Assembly: GCA_963737655.1 (NCBI GenBank)
Contig: CAVTTN010000002.1
Span: 5,760,001 to 5,824,000 of the forward strand
Direction: 5' to 3'
Length of the DNA stretch: 64,000 bases
Origin: an uncultured Planctomycetota bacterium
GTDB lineage: Bacteria > Planctomycetota > Planctomycetia > Isosphaerales > Isosphaeraceae
Shown here: one piece after another, positions 50,148 through 61,298 of the stretch
Layout of the letters: every line of letters begins with the position of its first letter
How positions within the stretch are numbered: position 1 is the stretch's first letter
Translations under genes and position numbers: made by a program
Notes under the pieces: generated by a model
The model's input: the letters and a program-made list of their open reading frames with translations, nothing else
Databases searched by the model: none
Told to the model about the DNA's origin: nothing

Positions 50148-53100
50148 ATGGGGATTGCCCAGAAGGTCTCTCGGGAGTTCGCCGACGGGGTCCGGGCCCG
50201 CGGCCAGTCGTATTTCGCCAAGGGTCGGGTGGCCGTGACGTCGGCCAAGGCCGGCGAGATCGTGGTCGCGAAGGTCCGGGGCACGGAGGCCTACAAGGTC
50301 AAGCTCCGGGTCCGGGGGACGCGGCTGCATGCCTCGTGCACCTGCCCGTACTTCGGGCCCGAGGGGGAGCCGTGCAAGCACCTCTGGGCCACGATCCTGG
50401 CGGCCGACGCCAAGGGCCTGCTCCAGGCGGTGCCGGTCCGGCCTTTGAAGCTCGTGCCCGATGTCCGGTTTCACATCCAGCAACAACCGCCGGGCCACTC
50501 GCCCCAGGGGCCTCCGCCCGAGAACGGGCCCCCGCCGGGCCCGGGGCCTTCGCCCTATCTCGGCCCTCCGCCCTACGGGCCGCCCTCGCCGCCCCAGGCC
50601 CACGGCCGGGGCACCCGGCCTCCTCATCCGCCCAAGGGCGGGGCGTATCGCGGCCCGGGCCCGGGAGGGGGCAACGGCCAGCCTCCGTACCGGGGCGGCC
50701 CGGGCGCACCCATCTCAAGAACGGCCAGCCCGACCCCTCGGCCCGCCATCGCCACCGGGGCCACGGCAAGCACCCCGGGCCCTCGGCCGGGCCCGGGCCG
50801 CAAGCCCAGGGGCCTCATCGCGGCCAGAAGGCCCGCGACGTCAACGCCAAGAAGGCCGAGGGCAAGAAGGCGTCGCTGTTCTACGTCCTGGACGCCCCGG
50901 CCACCCTGAACCAGAACGCCGTGGTCATCACCCTGGGCCGTCGCCAGCGCAAGCCGGGCTCGGAGCGCGCCGTCCTCCGCCCGTGGTGGCCGACGAACAC
51001 CCCGGGCGCCTGGAGGCCCGAGCCCGAGGACCGCGTGTTGATGGCCTTCCTGGAGGAGGCGCAGCCCGCCCCCACGGCCTCGACCCCGGCCCTGGGCTCG
51101 ATCGTCAACGGCGCCGTGGGCAACCCCGCCGCCGCGCCGACCCCCCGGCGGTTCGTCCTCCGCCCGGAGGTCCAGGCGCAGATGGTCGAGCGGCTCTGCC
51201 GGACCGGCCGGTGCCGCCTGAGGAGGACCGAGGACGAGGACGATCCGCCCACGCTCCGCTGGGATGACGGCCGCCCCTGGCGGTTCGTGATCGACGCCCG
51301 GGTGGCCGACCCCGCCGCGAAGCGCTGGAGCTGGCGGGGGCCCTGCGCCGCGAGGACGACCGGATGGACCTGGCCGAGCCCCTGGTCCTCCTGCCCGGCC
51401 TGGTCGTCCAGGGCGTGGGCCGCGCCGCCCGGTTCGACGACGCGGGCGTCTTCGCCTGGATGCTCCGGCTCCGCCACGAGAAGGAAATGGCGCTGTCCGA
51501 GGCCCAGCAAGACACCATGCTCGGCCGGATCCTGGGCGAATCCCGCGTCCCGCCCGGCGAGCTCGTCGAGGGGCTGAAGCTCGAGGAGGTCGATCTCCCG
51601 CCCACCCCCTGCCTGACGATCCGCACCCCCCGGCAGAACTGGGGGTCGGACAACCTGATCGCCGAGCTGGAATTCGACTACGACGGCGCGAAGGTGGGCT
51701 CGTTCCCGCCCGGCAAGATGGCCGTCCAGACCGACCGCCGCCGGGCCATCCGCCGCGACGTGAGGGCCGAGAACCGCGCCAAGGAACGCCTGGACGAGCT
51801 GGGCTTCCGCGAGGCCAAGGATTTCCGGGTCGAGCCCGGGACGATGGAGGTCGCGCCCAAGAAGGTCCCGGGCGCCACCCGAGACCTCGTCCTGGAGGGC
51901 TGGCGGGTCGAGGCCGAGGGCATCCTCTATCGCCCGGCCAGCGACTTCAAGCTCGCCGTGAGCACCGGGATCGACTGGTTCGAGCTCTCCGGCCGGGTCG
52001 ATTTCGGGGGCCAGGAATTGCCCCTGCCGGAGATCCTCGCCGCGGCCCGCCGGGGGGAGACGATGATCGCCCTGGGCGACGGCTCGATGGGGATGCTCCC
52101 CGAGGACTGGCTCAAGAAATACGGCCTCTTGGCCGACCTCGGCTCGGCCGACGAGGAGGGGAAGCTGCGGTTCGGCAAGGCCCAGGCGGGCCTGCTCGAC
52201 GCCCTGCTCGCCGCCCAGCCCGGGAGCAAGTGCGACACCGCCTTCACCAAGGTCCGCAAGAACCTCCACGCCTTCGAGGGGGTCGAGCCCCTGGACGCCC
52301 CGCCCGGGTTCCAGGGCGAGCTGCGCCCCTATCAGGAGGAAGGGCTCGGCTGGCTCGACTACCTCCGCGCCTTCGACTTCGGCGGCATCCTCGCCGACGA
52401 CATGGGCCTGGGCAAGACGATCCAGGTCCTCGCCCTGTTGCAACGGCGGAGGGCCCGGAGGCAGGCCCGAGGGCCGTCGCTGATCGTGGTCCCGCGCTCC
52501 CTCGTGTTCAACTGGCTCCAGGAGGCCGCCCGGTTCACGCCGAAGCTCCGCGTCCTGGACTACACCGGCCCGAACCGGCACGCCCTCCGCGAGGAATTCC
52601 GCCATCACGACCTGATCGTGACCACGTATGGGACGCTGCGATCCGACGTGGTCGAACTCTCCGACATCACCTTCGACTACGCGATCCTGGACGAGGCCCA
52701 GGCGATCAAGAACTCCGAGAGCCAGGCCGCCAAGGCCGCCCGGCTGCTCAAGGCCCGGCACCGCCTGGCCATGAGCGGCACGCCGATCGAGAACCACCTG
52801 GGCGAGCTCTGGTCGATCTTCGAGTTCCTCAACCCCGGGATGCTCGGCACGGCGTCGGTCTTCAAGAGGAACGCCGGGGGGGCCTCCGGCCAGGACGAGC
52901 AGGCGAGGATGCTCCTGGCCAAGGCCCTCCGCCCGTTCATCCTGAGGAGGACCAAGGGGCAAGTCGTCAAGGACCTGCCCGAGAAGGTCGAATTGACCCT
53001 GTATTGCGACCTCGAACCGGCCCAGAGAGGGCTGTACGAGGACCTCCGGGCCCACTATCGCAACGCCCTGTTGAGGACCGACGCCGACGCCCTGAAGGGC

Positions 53101-53700
53101 TCGAAGATCGAGGTCCTGGAGGCGCTCCTCCGGCTCCGCCAGGCCGCCTGCCACCCGGCCCTGATCGACCCGTCCCGCGCCGACGACGCCTCGGCCAAGC
53201 TCGACATGCTCCTGCCGCAACTGGCCGAGGTCGTCGAGGAGGGGCACAAGGTCCTGGTCTTCTCCCAGTTCACCAGCTTCCTCGCGCTGGTCAAGAAACG
53301 GCTCGACGCCGAGGGGCTCGACTACGAATACCTCGACGGCCGGACCCGGGACCGCGAGGCCCGCGTCAATCGGTTCCAGAACGACCCCAAGGTCCCGATC
53401 TTCCTGATCAGCCTGAAGGCCGGTGGGCTCGGCCTGAACCTCACGGCGGCCGAGTACGTGTACCTGCTCGACCCCTGGTGGAACCCGGCGGTGGAGGCCC
53501 AGGCGATCGACCGCTCCCACCGGATCGGCCAGACCAACAACGTCTTCGCCTACCGCCTGATCGCCAAGGACACCGTCGAGCAGAAGATCCTCGACCTCCA
53601 GCAGAAGAAGCGCGACCTGGCCGACGCCATCCTCAACGCCGAAGGCCGGGGGGTGATCCAGGGCCTCACGCGAGACGACCTGGAATTCCTCCTGAGCTGA
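50148..53700 (+). CDS. SWIM zinc finger + SNF2-family helicase (frameshifts ~50705 and ~51340)
   Basis: CTCPY...CKHLWA; LRPYQ, LADDMGLGKT, DEAQ, SGTPIEN, FSQF, WWNPAVEAQAIDRSHRIGQ. Confidence 0.92.
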
Positions 53701-53916
53701 GCGCCGGCGCGGGCCGGCGATCTCCGAAAAGCGCGTCGATTTGGTGATTGCATCCGGCCGGCGACGCCCCGATAATGAGGGGCGTCGCGGGAGTGTCCGC
53801 GAGACGATCGAATCGACCCGGAATCGCTTCGCCTGCGAGAGGGGACGTGCCCATCCCGATGGACCGGGTGCCCGACGGCGCGGCCGCGACGACGCGGGGC
53901 GGGGCTGGAGGGGGCG

Positions 53917-56217
53917 ATGGACGAACGCTCCGCCTCGCTCGGTCTGGACATCGGCACGCTCGGCCCGGGGCTGGATACGGCCATCGAGACGACCGTCACG
54001 GCCGAGGCCCCCACGCCCGGCCGCCTCGATGACGAGCCCGACACCGGCCGGGACGATCCCCGGCGCCCCGGCTTGGTCCGGCTCGACCTGTCGTTCCTCC
54101 GCCCGTCGAGTCGTCGGGGGAGCCTGGGCAAGATCGGCGACCATGACGTCTTCGACGTCCTGGGCCGGGGCGGGATGGGGATCGTCCTGAAGGCCCGGGA
54201 CAAGGCGTTGAGCCGGGTCGTGGCGGTGAAGGTGCAGGACCCGGCCCTGGCCGTCAACCGCCGGAGCCGCTGGCGGTTCTTGCGCAAGGCGCGAGCCGCC
54301 GCGGCGATCAACCATCCCAACGTCGTGACGATCCACGCCGTGAACATCGTCGCCGGCCTGCCGTACCTCGTGATGGAGTACGTCGGCGGCGGGTCGCTCC
54401 GCCAGAGGATCAAGGTCGGGCCGCCTTTGGAGCCGGTGGAGGTCCTGAGGATCGGCCACCAGATCGCCCTGGGCTTGGCCGCCGCCCATGCCCAGGGGGT
54501 GATCCACCGCGACATCAAGCCGGCCAATATCTTGCTGGAAGCCGGGCTGGACCGGGTGAAGATCACCGACTTCGGCCTGGCCGTCGCCGGCCTGGCGGTC
54601 CCCGAGGGGGAGCGCGTCGCCGGGACCCCGCCGTACATGAGCCCGGAGCAGGTCCGCGGCGAGAAGCTGGACCTCCGCAGCGACCTGTTCAGCCTCGGCT
54701 GCGTCCTCTATGCGATGATCGCCGGCCATTCGCCGTTCCAGGATGCCCGCCCGGCCGAGTCGATCCGCCTGGTCTGCGAGCTGGCTCCGCCCGCCCCGGC
54801 CTCCGCCTGCCCGTGCTGCCCGAAGGGCCTGTCCGACCTGATCCTCCGGCTCCTGAGCAAGGCCCCCGACGACCGCCCCGGCTCGGCCGCCGAGGTGGCC
54901 GAGAGCCTCCGGGCCCTCCTGGTGGAGGCCAACCGCTCCGAGTCCGGCGAGGTCCCGGCCGAGCCCCCTCCGCCCGTCCCCGCCCCGGCCGAGCCCCCTC
55001 CGCCCGTCCCCGCCCCGGCCGAGCCCCCTCCGCCCGCCCCCGCCCCGGCCGAGGCCGCCGAGCCTCGCCCCGAGGCGCCGACCCGGCCTCCTCGCCCGGT
55101 CCTCCTGACCGGGCTGGCCGGCGTGGTCCTGGCCTCGGCGTTCGCCGCCGGGGTCGCCGCCTCCCGCCGCACCGGCCCCGAATCCGACCCGGTCGGGCCG
55201 GCCTCGACGGCGCCCCGGGCCTGGATCGTCGATCCCTCCGGGGTGAAGGGCCCGAAGGACCTGGCGGCGGCCCTGAGGCGGGCCGGACCGGGCGACATCC
55301 TCCGTCTCGGCCCGGGCGTCCACGACGGATCGGCCCGGATCGACGACCCGTCCCGGCTCGCGGGCCTGACGATCGAGTCCGACGGCCGGGCCGTCCTCTC
55401 GGCGAGCGATTCCCCGGCGGTCGTGGCGATCTCGGGCGTCCCGGGCGTGACGATCCGAGGGCTGACCATCGAGACCCGGGCGGACCAGTTCGCCCTCCAG
55501 GTCACCGGGGACGTCGACGGGCTGACGATCGACCGCGTGACGTTCGTCTCCCCCGAACGCTCGCAGTGGACCCAGGTTTACTTGAGCGACGGGGCCCGGG
55601 GCTCGGAAGCCCGGCCGATCGTGGTGAAGAACTCGGAGTTCCACGTCGGCAGCAAGGGGGGCGTGACCATCGAAGGGGCCCCGGACGGCCTGCCGGTCCG
55701 CGGCGTCCTCCTGTGGAACAACCGCTTCTTCGGCCCCAAGGAGCAGGTCCACGTCCTCCAGCACGTCCGGGACATCGAGATCCGGGGGAACCTGTTCATC
55801 GGCGGCCAGCCCCTGACGCTCAACCTGCCCGGCTCGAAAAAGGCGCGCCACGTCCGGATCGCCAACAACACCTTCTTCCAGGCCGTCCGGTGGCTCCACC
55901 CGGCCGATTCGGACCCCGAGCAGGAAGGGATCGCGATCGTCAACAACGCGATCATCGCCTCCGACGGCCTGGACCTCGGAGACGGCAAGCTGACCCGGAT
56001 GGCCCGGGGAGGGTGGGACTTCCACCACAACCTCTGGGAGCCGGCCAGCGCCGGGAGGGGCGGGTCCGAAGGCCCGATCGCCCGGCGGAGGGCCGCGCTC
56101 CCCGTCCTCTCCCGGGACCCCCAGAGCCCCCGATTCCTCCGCCCGGTCCCGGGCTCGACCCTCTCGCGAGAGGGGGCCGGCGGCGACTGGCCGGGCCACG
56201 TCGGCGCCTTCCCGTAG
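53917..56217 (+). CDS. Ser/Thr protein kinase with TM and right-handed beta-helix domain
   Basis: GRGGMG, HRDIKPAN, DFG, GTPPYMSPEQ; 30-nt repeat linker; GDILRLGPG...NNRF...GNLF...NNTF. Confidence 0.88.
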   Translation: MDERSASLGLDIGTLGPGLDTAIETTVTAEAPTPGRLDDEPDTGRDDPRRPGLVRLDLSFLRPSSRRGSLGKIGDHDVFDVLGRGGMGIVLKARDKALSRVVAVKVQDPALAVNRRSRWRFLRKARAAAAINHPNVVTIHAVNIVAGLPYLVMEYVGGGSLRQRIKVGPPLEPVEVLRIGHQIALGLAAAHAQGVIHRDIKPANILLEAGLDRVKITDFGLAVAGLAVPEGERVAGTPPYMSPEQVRGEKLDLRSDLFSLGCVLYAMIAGHSPFQDARPAESIRLVCELAPPAPASACPCCPKGLSDLILRLLSKAPDDRPGSAAEVAESLRALLVEANRSESGEVPAEPPPPVPAPAEPPPPVPAPAEPPPPAPAPAEAAEPRPEAPTRPPRPVLLTGLAGVVLASAFAAGVAASRRTGPESDPVGPASTAPRAWIVDPSGVKGPKDLAAALRRAGPGDILRLGPGVHDGSARIDDPSRLAGLTIESDGRAVLSASDSPAVVAISGVPGVTIRGLTIETRADQFALQVTGDVDGLTIDRVTFVSPERSQWTQVYLSDGARGSEARPIVVKNSEFHVGSKGGVTIEGAPDGLPVRGVLLWNNRFFGPKEQVHVLQHVRDIEIRGNLFIGGQPLTLNLPGSKKARHVRIANNTFFQAVRWLHPADSDPEQEGIAIVNNAIIASDGLDLGDGKLTRMARGGWDFHHNLWEPASAGRGGSEGPIARRRAALPVLSRDPQSPRFLRPVPGSTLSREGAGGDWPGHVGAFP
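54955..55053 (+). repeat. 30-nt tandem repeat (PAEPPPPVPA) in the kinase linker
   Basis: CCGGCCGAGCCCCCTCCGCCCGTCCCCGCC x3 plus a partial copy. Confidence 0.9.
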
Positions 56218-56234
56218 GGTGCATGCAAGGCACC
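56214..56234 (+). repeat. GTAG-type REP overlapping the kinase stop codon
   Basis: GTAGGGTGCATGCAAGGCACC. Confidence 0.75.
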
Positions 56235-56277
56235 ATCTTCGGCATTCCACCCCATTCCCGCCCCCAGGAGAGGCCCG

Positions 56278-57606
56278 ATGCGGGACCATTCTCACGCTGA
56301 GGAGCGGACCCGGGAAGATCCCACGACCCTCGCGGTCCCCAGCGGTTATCACGGGTCGGCGGCCGTCCCCTCGGGCTATCACGCCTCGGGGAGCGCCGGC
56401 CACTCGTGCGGGTCGCCCGAGACCCTCTACGCCTGGGGGCCCGAGCAATCGAGGATCGCCGGGGCCGGCTGGGGGCCGGGCCCTCACCTGAAGCCCGGGC
56501 CGATCGGCGACCGCCCGGCCGAGCCGTTGAAGGTCGTCCACGTCGGCCCCTGTTTGATGAGAGGGGGCGCCGAGCAGTGGCTCGTGGAGCTCACCCGGTT
56601 CCTCGACCCCTCCCGGGTCCGGGTCCTCCGCACCATCGCCACCCAGCCCGGGGCGATCGACCCGACGTTCGCCGCCGGCCTCTCGATCCCGATCGAAAAC
56701 GGCGGCCCCGACGACGTGACCCGGGCCGTCGAGGAGGCCGACGTCCTCCTGTGCTGGGGAGTCCCTCTCGACGACGTCCTGAACGGCCACAAGCCGGGCC
56801 TCTGCGTCTTCGTGGCCCACGGCGACGGCCCGTACACCCAGGAGCTCGTCCGGCACAGCGGGGGGAGGGCCGACCACTACGTCGCCGTGAGCCATCGGGT
56901 CCGCGACACCACGTTGTTCGGCCTCCCCTCGACCGTGATTTACAACGGGGTGGACAGCGCCCGGCTGGCCCGGACCCGCCCTCGCGAGGAGGTCCGCGCC
57001 GGGTTCGGCTTCGGGCCCGAGGATTTCGTCGTCGGCTACCTCGGGCGGTTCTCGGCCGAGAAGCGCGTCCCCTTGCTGATCGAGGCCGCCTCGGGCCTGC
57101 CCCCCGAGGTCAAGGTATTGCTCGTGGGCTGGGGGGCGCAGCTCCCGGAGCTCATGGCGATGGCCAACCGCCGGATGCCGGGCCGGTTCGCGGTCGTCAC
57201 GGCCGGGGGCTACCTGGGCGATTACTACTCGGCGATGGACGCCTTCTGCCTCCTCGGCACCGAGGAAGGCTTCTCGCTGGCCATGCTCGAAGCGATGATG
57301 TGCGGAATCCCCCTGATCGCCACGCCGGTCGGGGCGGTCCCCGAGCTGATCGTCGATCGGATCAACGGCCAGATCGTCTCGCCCAAGGCCGACGCGGTGA
57401 AGGAGGCCATCGACCGCCTCCGCAAGTACCCAAGATGGGCCGCCGGCCTCGCCGCCGAGGCCAGGACCCTGGCCGACCGCCAGGGCCACGCCGTCCGGAT
57501 GGCCCGGGATTATGAAGACCTGCTAGAACGCCTGTGGATGGAGAAGAACGGGGCCAGGACACTTCAAGGCGGATCACGGCCGGGTTCCGCACAACGAATC
57601 TTGTAG
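56278..57606 (+). CDS. GT-B (GT4-like) glycosyltransferase
   Basis: GGAEQ, VIYNGVD, GRFSAEK, EGFSLAMLEAM. Confidence 0.9.
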   Translation: MRDHSHAEERTREDPTTLAVPSGYHGSAAVPSGYHASGSAGHSCGSPETLYAWGPEQSRIAGAGWGPGPHLKPGPIGDRPAEPLKVVHVGPCLMRGGAEQWLVELTRFLDPSRVRVLRTIATQPGAIDPTFAAGLSIPIENGGPDDVTRAVEEADVLLCWGVPLDDVLNGHKPGLCVFVAHGDGPYTQELVRHSGGRADHYVAVSHRVRDTTLFGLPSTVIYNGVDSARLARTRPREEVRAGFGFGPEDFVVGYLGRFSAEKRVPLLIEAASGLPPEVKVLLVGWGAQLPELMAMANRRMPGRFAVVTAGGYLGDYYSAMDAFCLLGTEEGFSLAMLEAMMCGIPLIATPVGAVPELIVDRINGQIVSPKADAVKEAIDRLRKYPRWAAGLAAEARTLADRQGHAVRMARDYEDLLERLWMEKNGARTLQGGSRPGSAQRIL

Positions 57607-57661
57607 GGCAGGCCTTGGCCTGCCGTCTCCGCGAATCTCGGCAGGCCAAGGCCTGCCCTAC
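57603..57661. repeat. GTAG REP inverted doublet, GGCAGGCCnnGGCCTGCC family
   Basis: Perfect 23-bp inverted repeat GTAGGGCAGGCCTTGGCCTGCCG / CGGCAGGCCAAGGCCTGCCCTAC. Confidence 0.88.
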
Positions 57662-57723
57662 GTGTGCTCAATCCGTTCGTGGACCGCTCTAGCCCCGCCG
57701 ATCGGACCGAGGAGGCCGTCCCG

Positions 57724-60700
57724 ATGAGCGAGCCGACCCCCACCGATTCCGCCCTCACGCCGGGGTCGGACGAAATGGCCGGGCCTTCGGCCGAGACGGC
57801 CCCCCATGCCGAGGCGATCCGCCGATCCGGCGGGGCCACGACCCCCGGCAGGCCTCCGGCCGACGAGGATCCCGCGGCCCGGTTCGGGCGGTATCAGGTC
57901 CTCGAAAGAATCGCCTCGGGCGGCATGGGGGCCGTCTACCGCTGCCGGGACGACGACCTCAACCGCGATCTGGCGCTAAAAATCCTGCTCGCCGGGCATC
58001 GCGACCGACCCGAGCTCGACCGCCGGTTCCTCGAAGAGGCCCAAATTTGCGGCCAGTTGCAGCACCCGGGGATCGTCCCGATCCACGAGATGGGCCGATC
58101 CGACGACGGCCGCCCGTTCTTCGTGATGAAGCTCGTCAAGGGCCGAACGCTCTCGAAATTGCTGCAAGAACGATCCGACCCGACCGACGGCTTACCCCAA
58201 TTCCTGAAGATTTATGAACAAATCTGCCAGGCCGTGGCCTACGCCCATTCCAAGGGCGTGATCCACCGCGATTTGAAGCCCCTGAACGTGATGGTCGGCG
58301 CGTTCGGCGAGGTCCAGGTGATGGATTGGGGCCTCGCCAAGGTCCTCGGCCGCCGCGACGAAGGGCCGACCGACGCCGGGCTCCAGGCCAGCACGGTCCG
58401 AACGGTCCGCACCGAGGACGGCGGCGACGCCACGGGCCACGGCTCGTTCCTCGGCTCGCCCCCCTACTGCCCGCCGGAGCAGGCCCGGGGGGACGTCGCC
58501 AGCCTGGACGAAAGGGCCGACGTCTTCGCCCTCGGCTCGATCCTCGCCGCGATCCTGACCGGGGAGCCGGCCTACACCGGCCGATCGTCGCAGGAGTTGC
58601 TCACGAAGGCCATCACCGCCGACCTCGCCGACGTCCGCCTCCGCCTGGATCGATCCGGCGCCGAGCCGGAGCTGATCGCGATCGCGACCCGCTGCCTCGC
58701 CCCGATCGCCGCCGACCGCCCCCGGGACGCCGGCGCCGTGGCGTCGCTGGTCTCGGCCCACCTGGCGGGTGTCCAGGAGCGGTTGCGGCTCGCCGAGATC
58801 GCCCGGGTCGAGGCCACCGCCCGGGCGGAGCACGAGCAAAAGGCCCGCATCCTCCACGAAGCCATCGCCCACGAGGCCCAGGCCCGGGCCGTCCAGGAGA
58901 GGAGGGCCCGGAGGCTCACGGCGGCCCTGGCGGCCTCGATCCTCCTGGCCGGAGCGATCGGCGGAGGCTCCTTCCTCGCCTTCCGGCTCGACCGCCAGGC
59001 CAAGCTCGCCGAGTCCGACCGAATCCTCGGAGAAGCCCTGACCCGGGCCGAATCCGCCCGAGACGAGGCCCGCCGCGCCCCCCCGGGAGACGCGAACGCC
59101 TGGCCCCGGGCCATCCGAGCGGCCGAAAGTGCCCGCGACGCCCTCGCCGGCCGCCCGGCGAGGCCCGAGCTCGCCTCCCGGATCGCCCAGGTCGTCGCCG
59201 ACGCCCAGAGGGCCGAGGCCGATCGCCGCTTGGCCGACCGCCTGGACGAGGCCCGCCTCCGGGGTGCCGCCCTCAAGGACAATCACTTCGACACCGAAGC
59301 GATGCTCAGGGACTACGCCGCCGCGTTTCGCGAGGCCAGCCTGTCGCCCGGCGAGCGCCCGGCGTCGGAGATCATCGCCCGGCTGGCCGGCTCGGCCGAG
59401 GCCGCGAGGATCGCCGGGGCCCTGGATGACTGGATCAAATACCCCGCGGCCGAGCCGATTCGTGACGACCTCGTGGCGGTGGCCGAGGGGATCGACCCGG
59501 CCAGCAACGCCCTGCGCCGCGCGATCCGCTCGGCGGATCGGGCCACGCTCGTGGGGTTGACGACCGGCAACGCGGCCCTTCGCCTGTCGCCGGCCGGCGC
59601 GGAGTCGGCCGCCTGGGCCCTGATGCAGATGGGGCTTGCCGAGGAGGCCATCGGCGTGCTGTCCAGGGCCCGCTCGCGCCAACCGGGCGACTTCTGGCTG
59701 AACCAAGACCTCGGGATGGCGCTCGCCGAGGCGTCACCGCCCCGGCTGGAGGAGGCCGCCCGCTACCTGACGGCCGCCGCGGCGCTGCGGCCGGAAAGTC
59801 CCGGCGTCCACCTCAACCTCGGAATCCTGCTGTCGGACACGGGTCATGAGGCGGAGGCAGAAGGACCGTTCCGCGAGGCGATCCGCCTCGAACCGAAGTA
59901 CGCCGAGCCGCACTTCAACCTCGGCTACGTGCTGTTGAAGACGGGCCGGGTGTCGGATGCCGAGGCGGAGTTCCGCGAGGCGATCCGCCTCGAACCGAAG
60001 CTGGCCAGGGCGCACTGCAACCTCGGCAACCTGCTGTCGGAGACGGGCCGGGTGTCGGATGCCGAGGCGGAGTTCCGCGAGGCGATCCGCCTCGAACCGA
60101 AGCTGGCCAGGGCGCACTGGAACCTCGGCGTCCTGCTGTCGGAGACGGGCCGGGTGTCGGATGCGGAGGCGTCGTACCGCGAGACGATCCGCGTCGACCC
60201 AAGGCTCGCGAATGCACATTACAACCTCGGCGTCCTGCTGTCGAGGTCGGGCCGGGTGTCGGACGCGGAGGCGGAGTTCCGCGAGGCGATCCGCCTCGAA
60301 CCGAAGCTGGCCAGGGCGCACTCCAACCTCGGCGCCCTGCTGTCGGAGACGGGCCGGTTGTCGGATGCGGAGGCGTCGTACCGCGAGACGATCCGCCTCG
60401 ACCCAAAGGACGCCACGGCGCACTCCAGCCTCGGCGTCCTGCTGATGAGGTCGGGCCGGTTGTCGGATGCGGAGGCGTCGTACCGCGAGGCGATCCGCGT
60501 CGACCCAAGGCTCGCGAATGCACATTACAACCTCGGCGTCCTGCTGTCGAGGTCGGGCCGGGTGTCGGATGCCGAGGCGGAGTACCGGGAGGTGATCCGC
60601 CTCGACCCGGAATACGCCGAGGCGCACTGCAACCTCGGGCGTCTCCTGCGCCGACAAGGTCGCTTCCGCCAAGCCCTGGAGGAGTTGAGAACGGGCCACG

Positions 60701-61284
60701 AGCTGGGCTCGGCTCGCCCGGGATGGACCTATCCTTCGGGGGAGTGGGTCCAGGAATGCGCCTCGCTGATGGCGCTGGAGGAGCGGCTCCCGGCCCTGCT
60801 CCGGGGCGAGGATTCCCCGAAAGACAATGCCGAGCGGTTGACTCTCGGGCAGGTTTGCTACAGCACCAAGAGGTACGCCGCCTCGGCGCGGTTGCGGGGC
60901 GAGGCGATGGAGCGTGATCCCAGGCTCGGCGAGGATCGCAAGGCCGGGCATCGTTACGACGCGGCGTGCTCGGCGGCTTTGGCCGGGTCGGGCCAGGGGA
61001 TTGATGAGCCGAAGCCCGATGAGGCCGCCCGCGCCGGGTTGCGGGCGAAGGCTTTGGGATGGCTTCGCGAGGAACTGGCCGCGTGGGCGAAGGTCGTCGA
61101 GGGGGGCAAGGCCGAGGATCGGGCCGTCGTGGCGAAGACCCTGGACCACTGGAAGGCGGACGCCGACCTCGCCGGGATTCGCGACCCCGAGGCCCTGGCG
61201 AAGCTCCCGGAGGCGGAGCGGGAGGCGTTCCGCAAGCTCTGGGCGAACGTTGAGGTGCTCTTGATGGGAGTAGCGGGGCGGTGA
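57724..61284 (+). CDS. Ser/Thr protein kinase with TPR repeats
   Basis: SGGMG, HRDLKP, DWG, PPEQ; hydrophobic segment; about 9-10 34-aa TPRs; YDAAC tail. Confidence 0.92.
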   Translation: MSEPTPTDSALTPGSDEMAGPSAETAPHAEAIRRSGGATTPGRPPADEDPAARFGRYQVLERIASGGMGAVYRCRDDDLNRDLALKILLAGHRDRPELDRRFLEEAQICGQLQHPGIVPIHEMGRSDDGRPFFVMKLVKGRTLSKLLQERSDPTDGLPQFLKIYEQICQAVAYAHSKGVIHRDLKPLNVMVGAFGEVQVMDWGLAKVLGRRDEGPTDAGLQASTVRTVRTEDGGDATGHGSFLGSPPYCPPEQARGDVASLDERADVFALGSILAAILTGEPAYTGRSSQELLTKAITADLADVRLRLDRSGAEPELIAIATRCLAPIAADRPRDAGAVASLVSAHLAGVQERLRLAEIARVEATARAEHEQKARILHEAIAHEAQARAVQERRARRLTAALAASILLAGAIGGGSFLAFRLDRQAKLAESDRILGEALTRAESARDEARRAPPGDANAWPRAIRAAESARDALAGRPARPELASRIAQVVADAQRAEADRRLADRLDEARLRGAALKDNHFDTEAMLRDYAAAFREASLSPGERPASEIIARLAGSAEAARIAGALDDWIKYPAAEPIRDDLVAVAEGIDPASNALRRAIRSADRATLVGLTTGNAALRLSPAGAESAAWALMQMGLAEEAIGVLSRARSRQPGDFWLNQDLGMALAEASPPRLEEAARYLTAAAALRPESPGVHLNLGILLSDTGHEAEAEGPFREAIRLEPKYAEPHFNLGYVLLKTGRVSDAEAEFREAIRLEPKLARAHCNLGNLLSETGRVSDAEAEFREAIRLEPKLARAHWNLGVLLSETGRVSDAEASYRETIRVDPRLANAHYNLGVLLSRSGRVSDAEAEFREAIRLEPKLARAHSNLGALLSETGRLSDAEASYRETIRLDPKDATAHSSLGVLLMRSGRLSDAEASYREAIRVDPRLANAHYNLGVLLSRSGRVSDAEAEYREVIRLDPEYAEAHCNLGRLLRRQGRFRQALEELRTGHELGSARPGWTYPSGEWVQECASLMALEERLPALLRGEDSPKDNAERLTLGQVCYSTKRYAASARLRGEAMERDPRLGEDRKAGHRYDAACSAALAGSGQGIDEPKPDEAARAGLRAKALGWLREELAAWAKVVEGGKAEDRAVVAKTLDHWKADADLAGIRDPEALAKLPEAEREAFRKLWANVEVLLMGVAGR

Positions 61285-61298
61285 GGGGGAATCTTGCG

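Noticed and set aside
50881..57489. 2202-aa minus-strand ORF and other long overlapping ORFs
   Set aside because: These are antisense or shadow frames of real genes, expected in very GC-rich DNA, and have no recognisable motifs.
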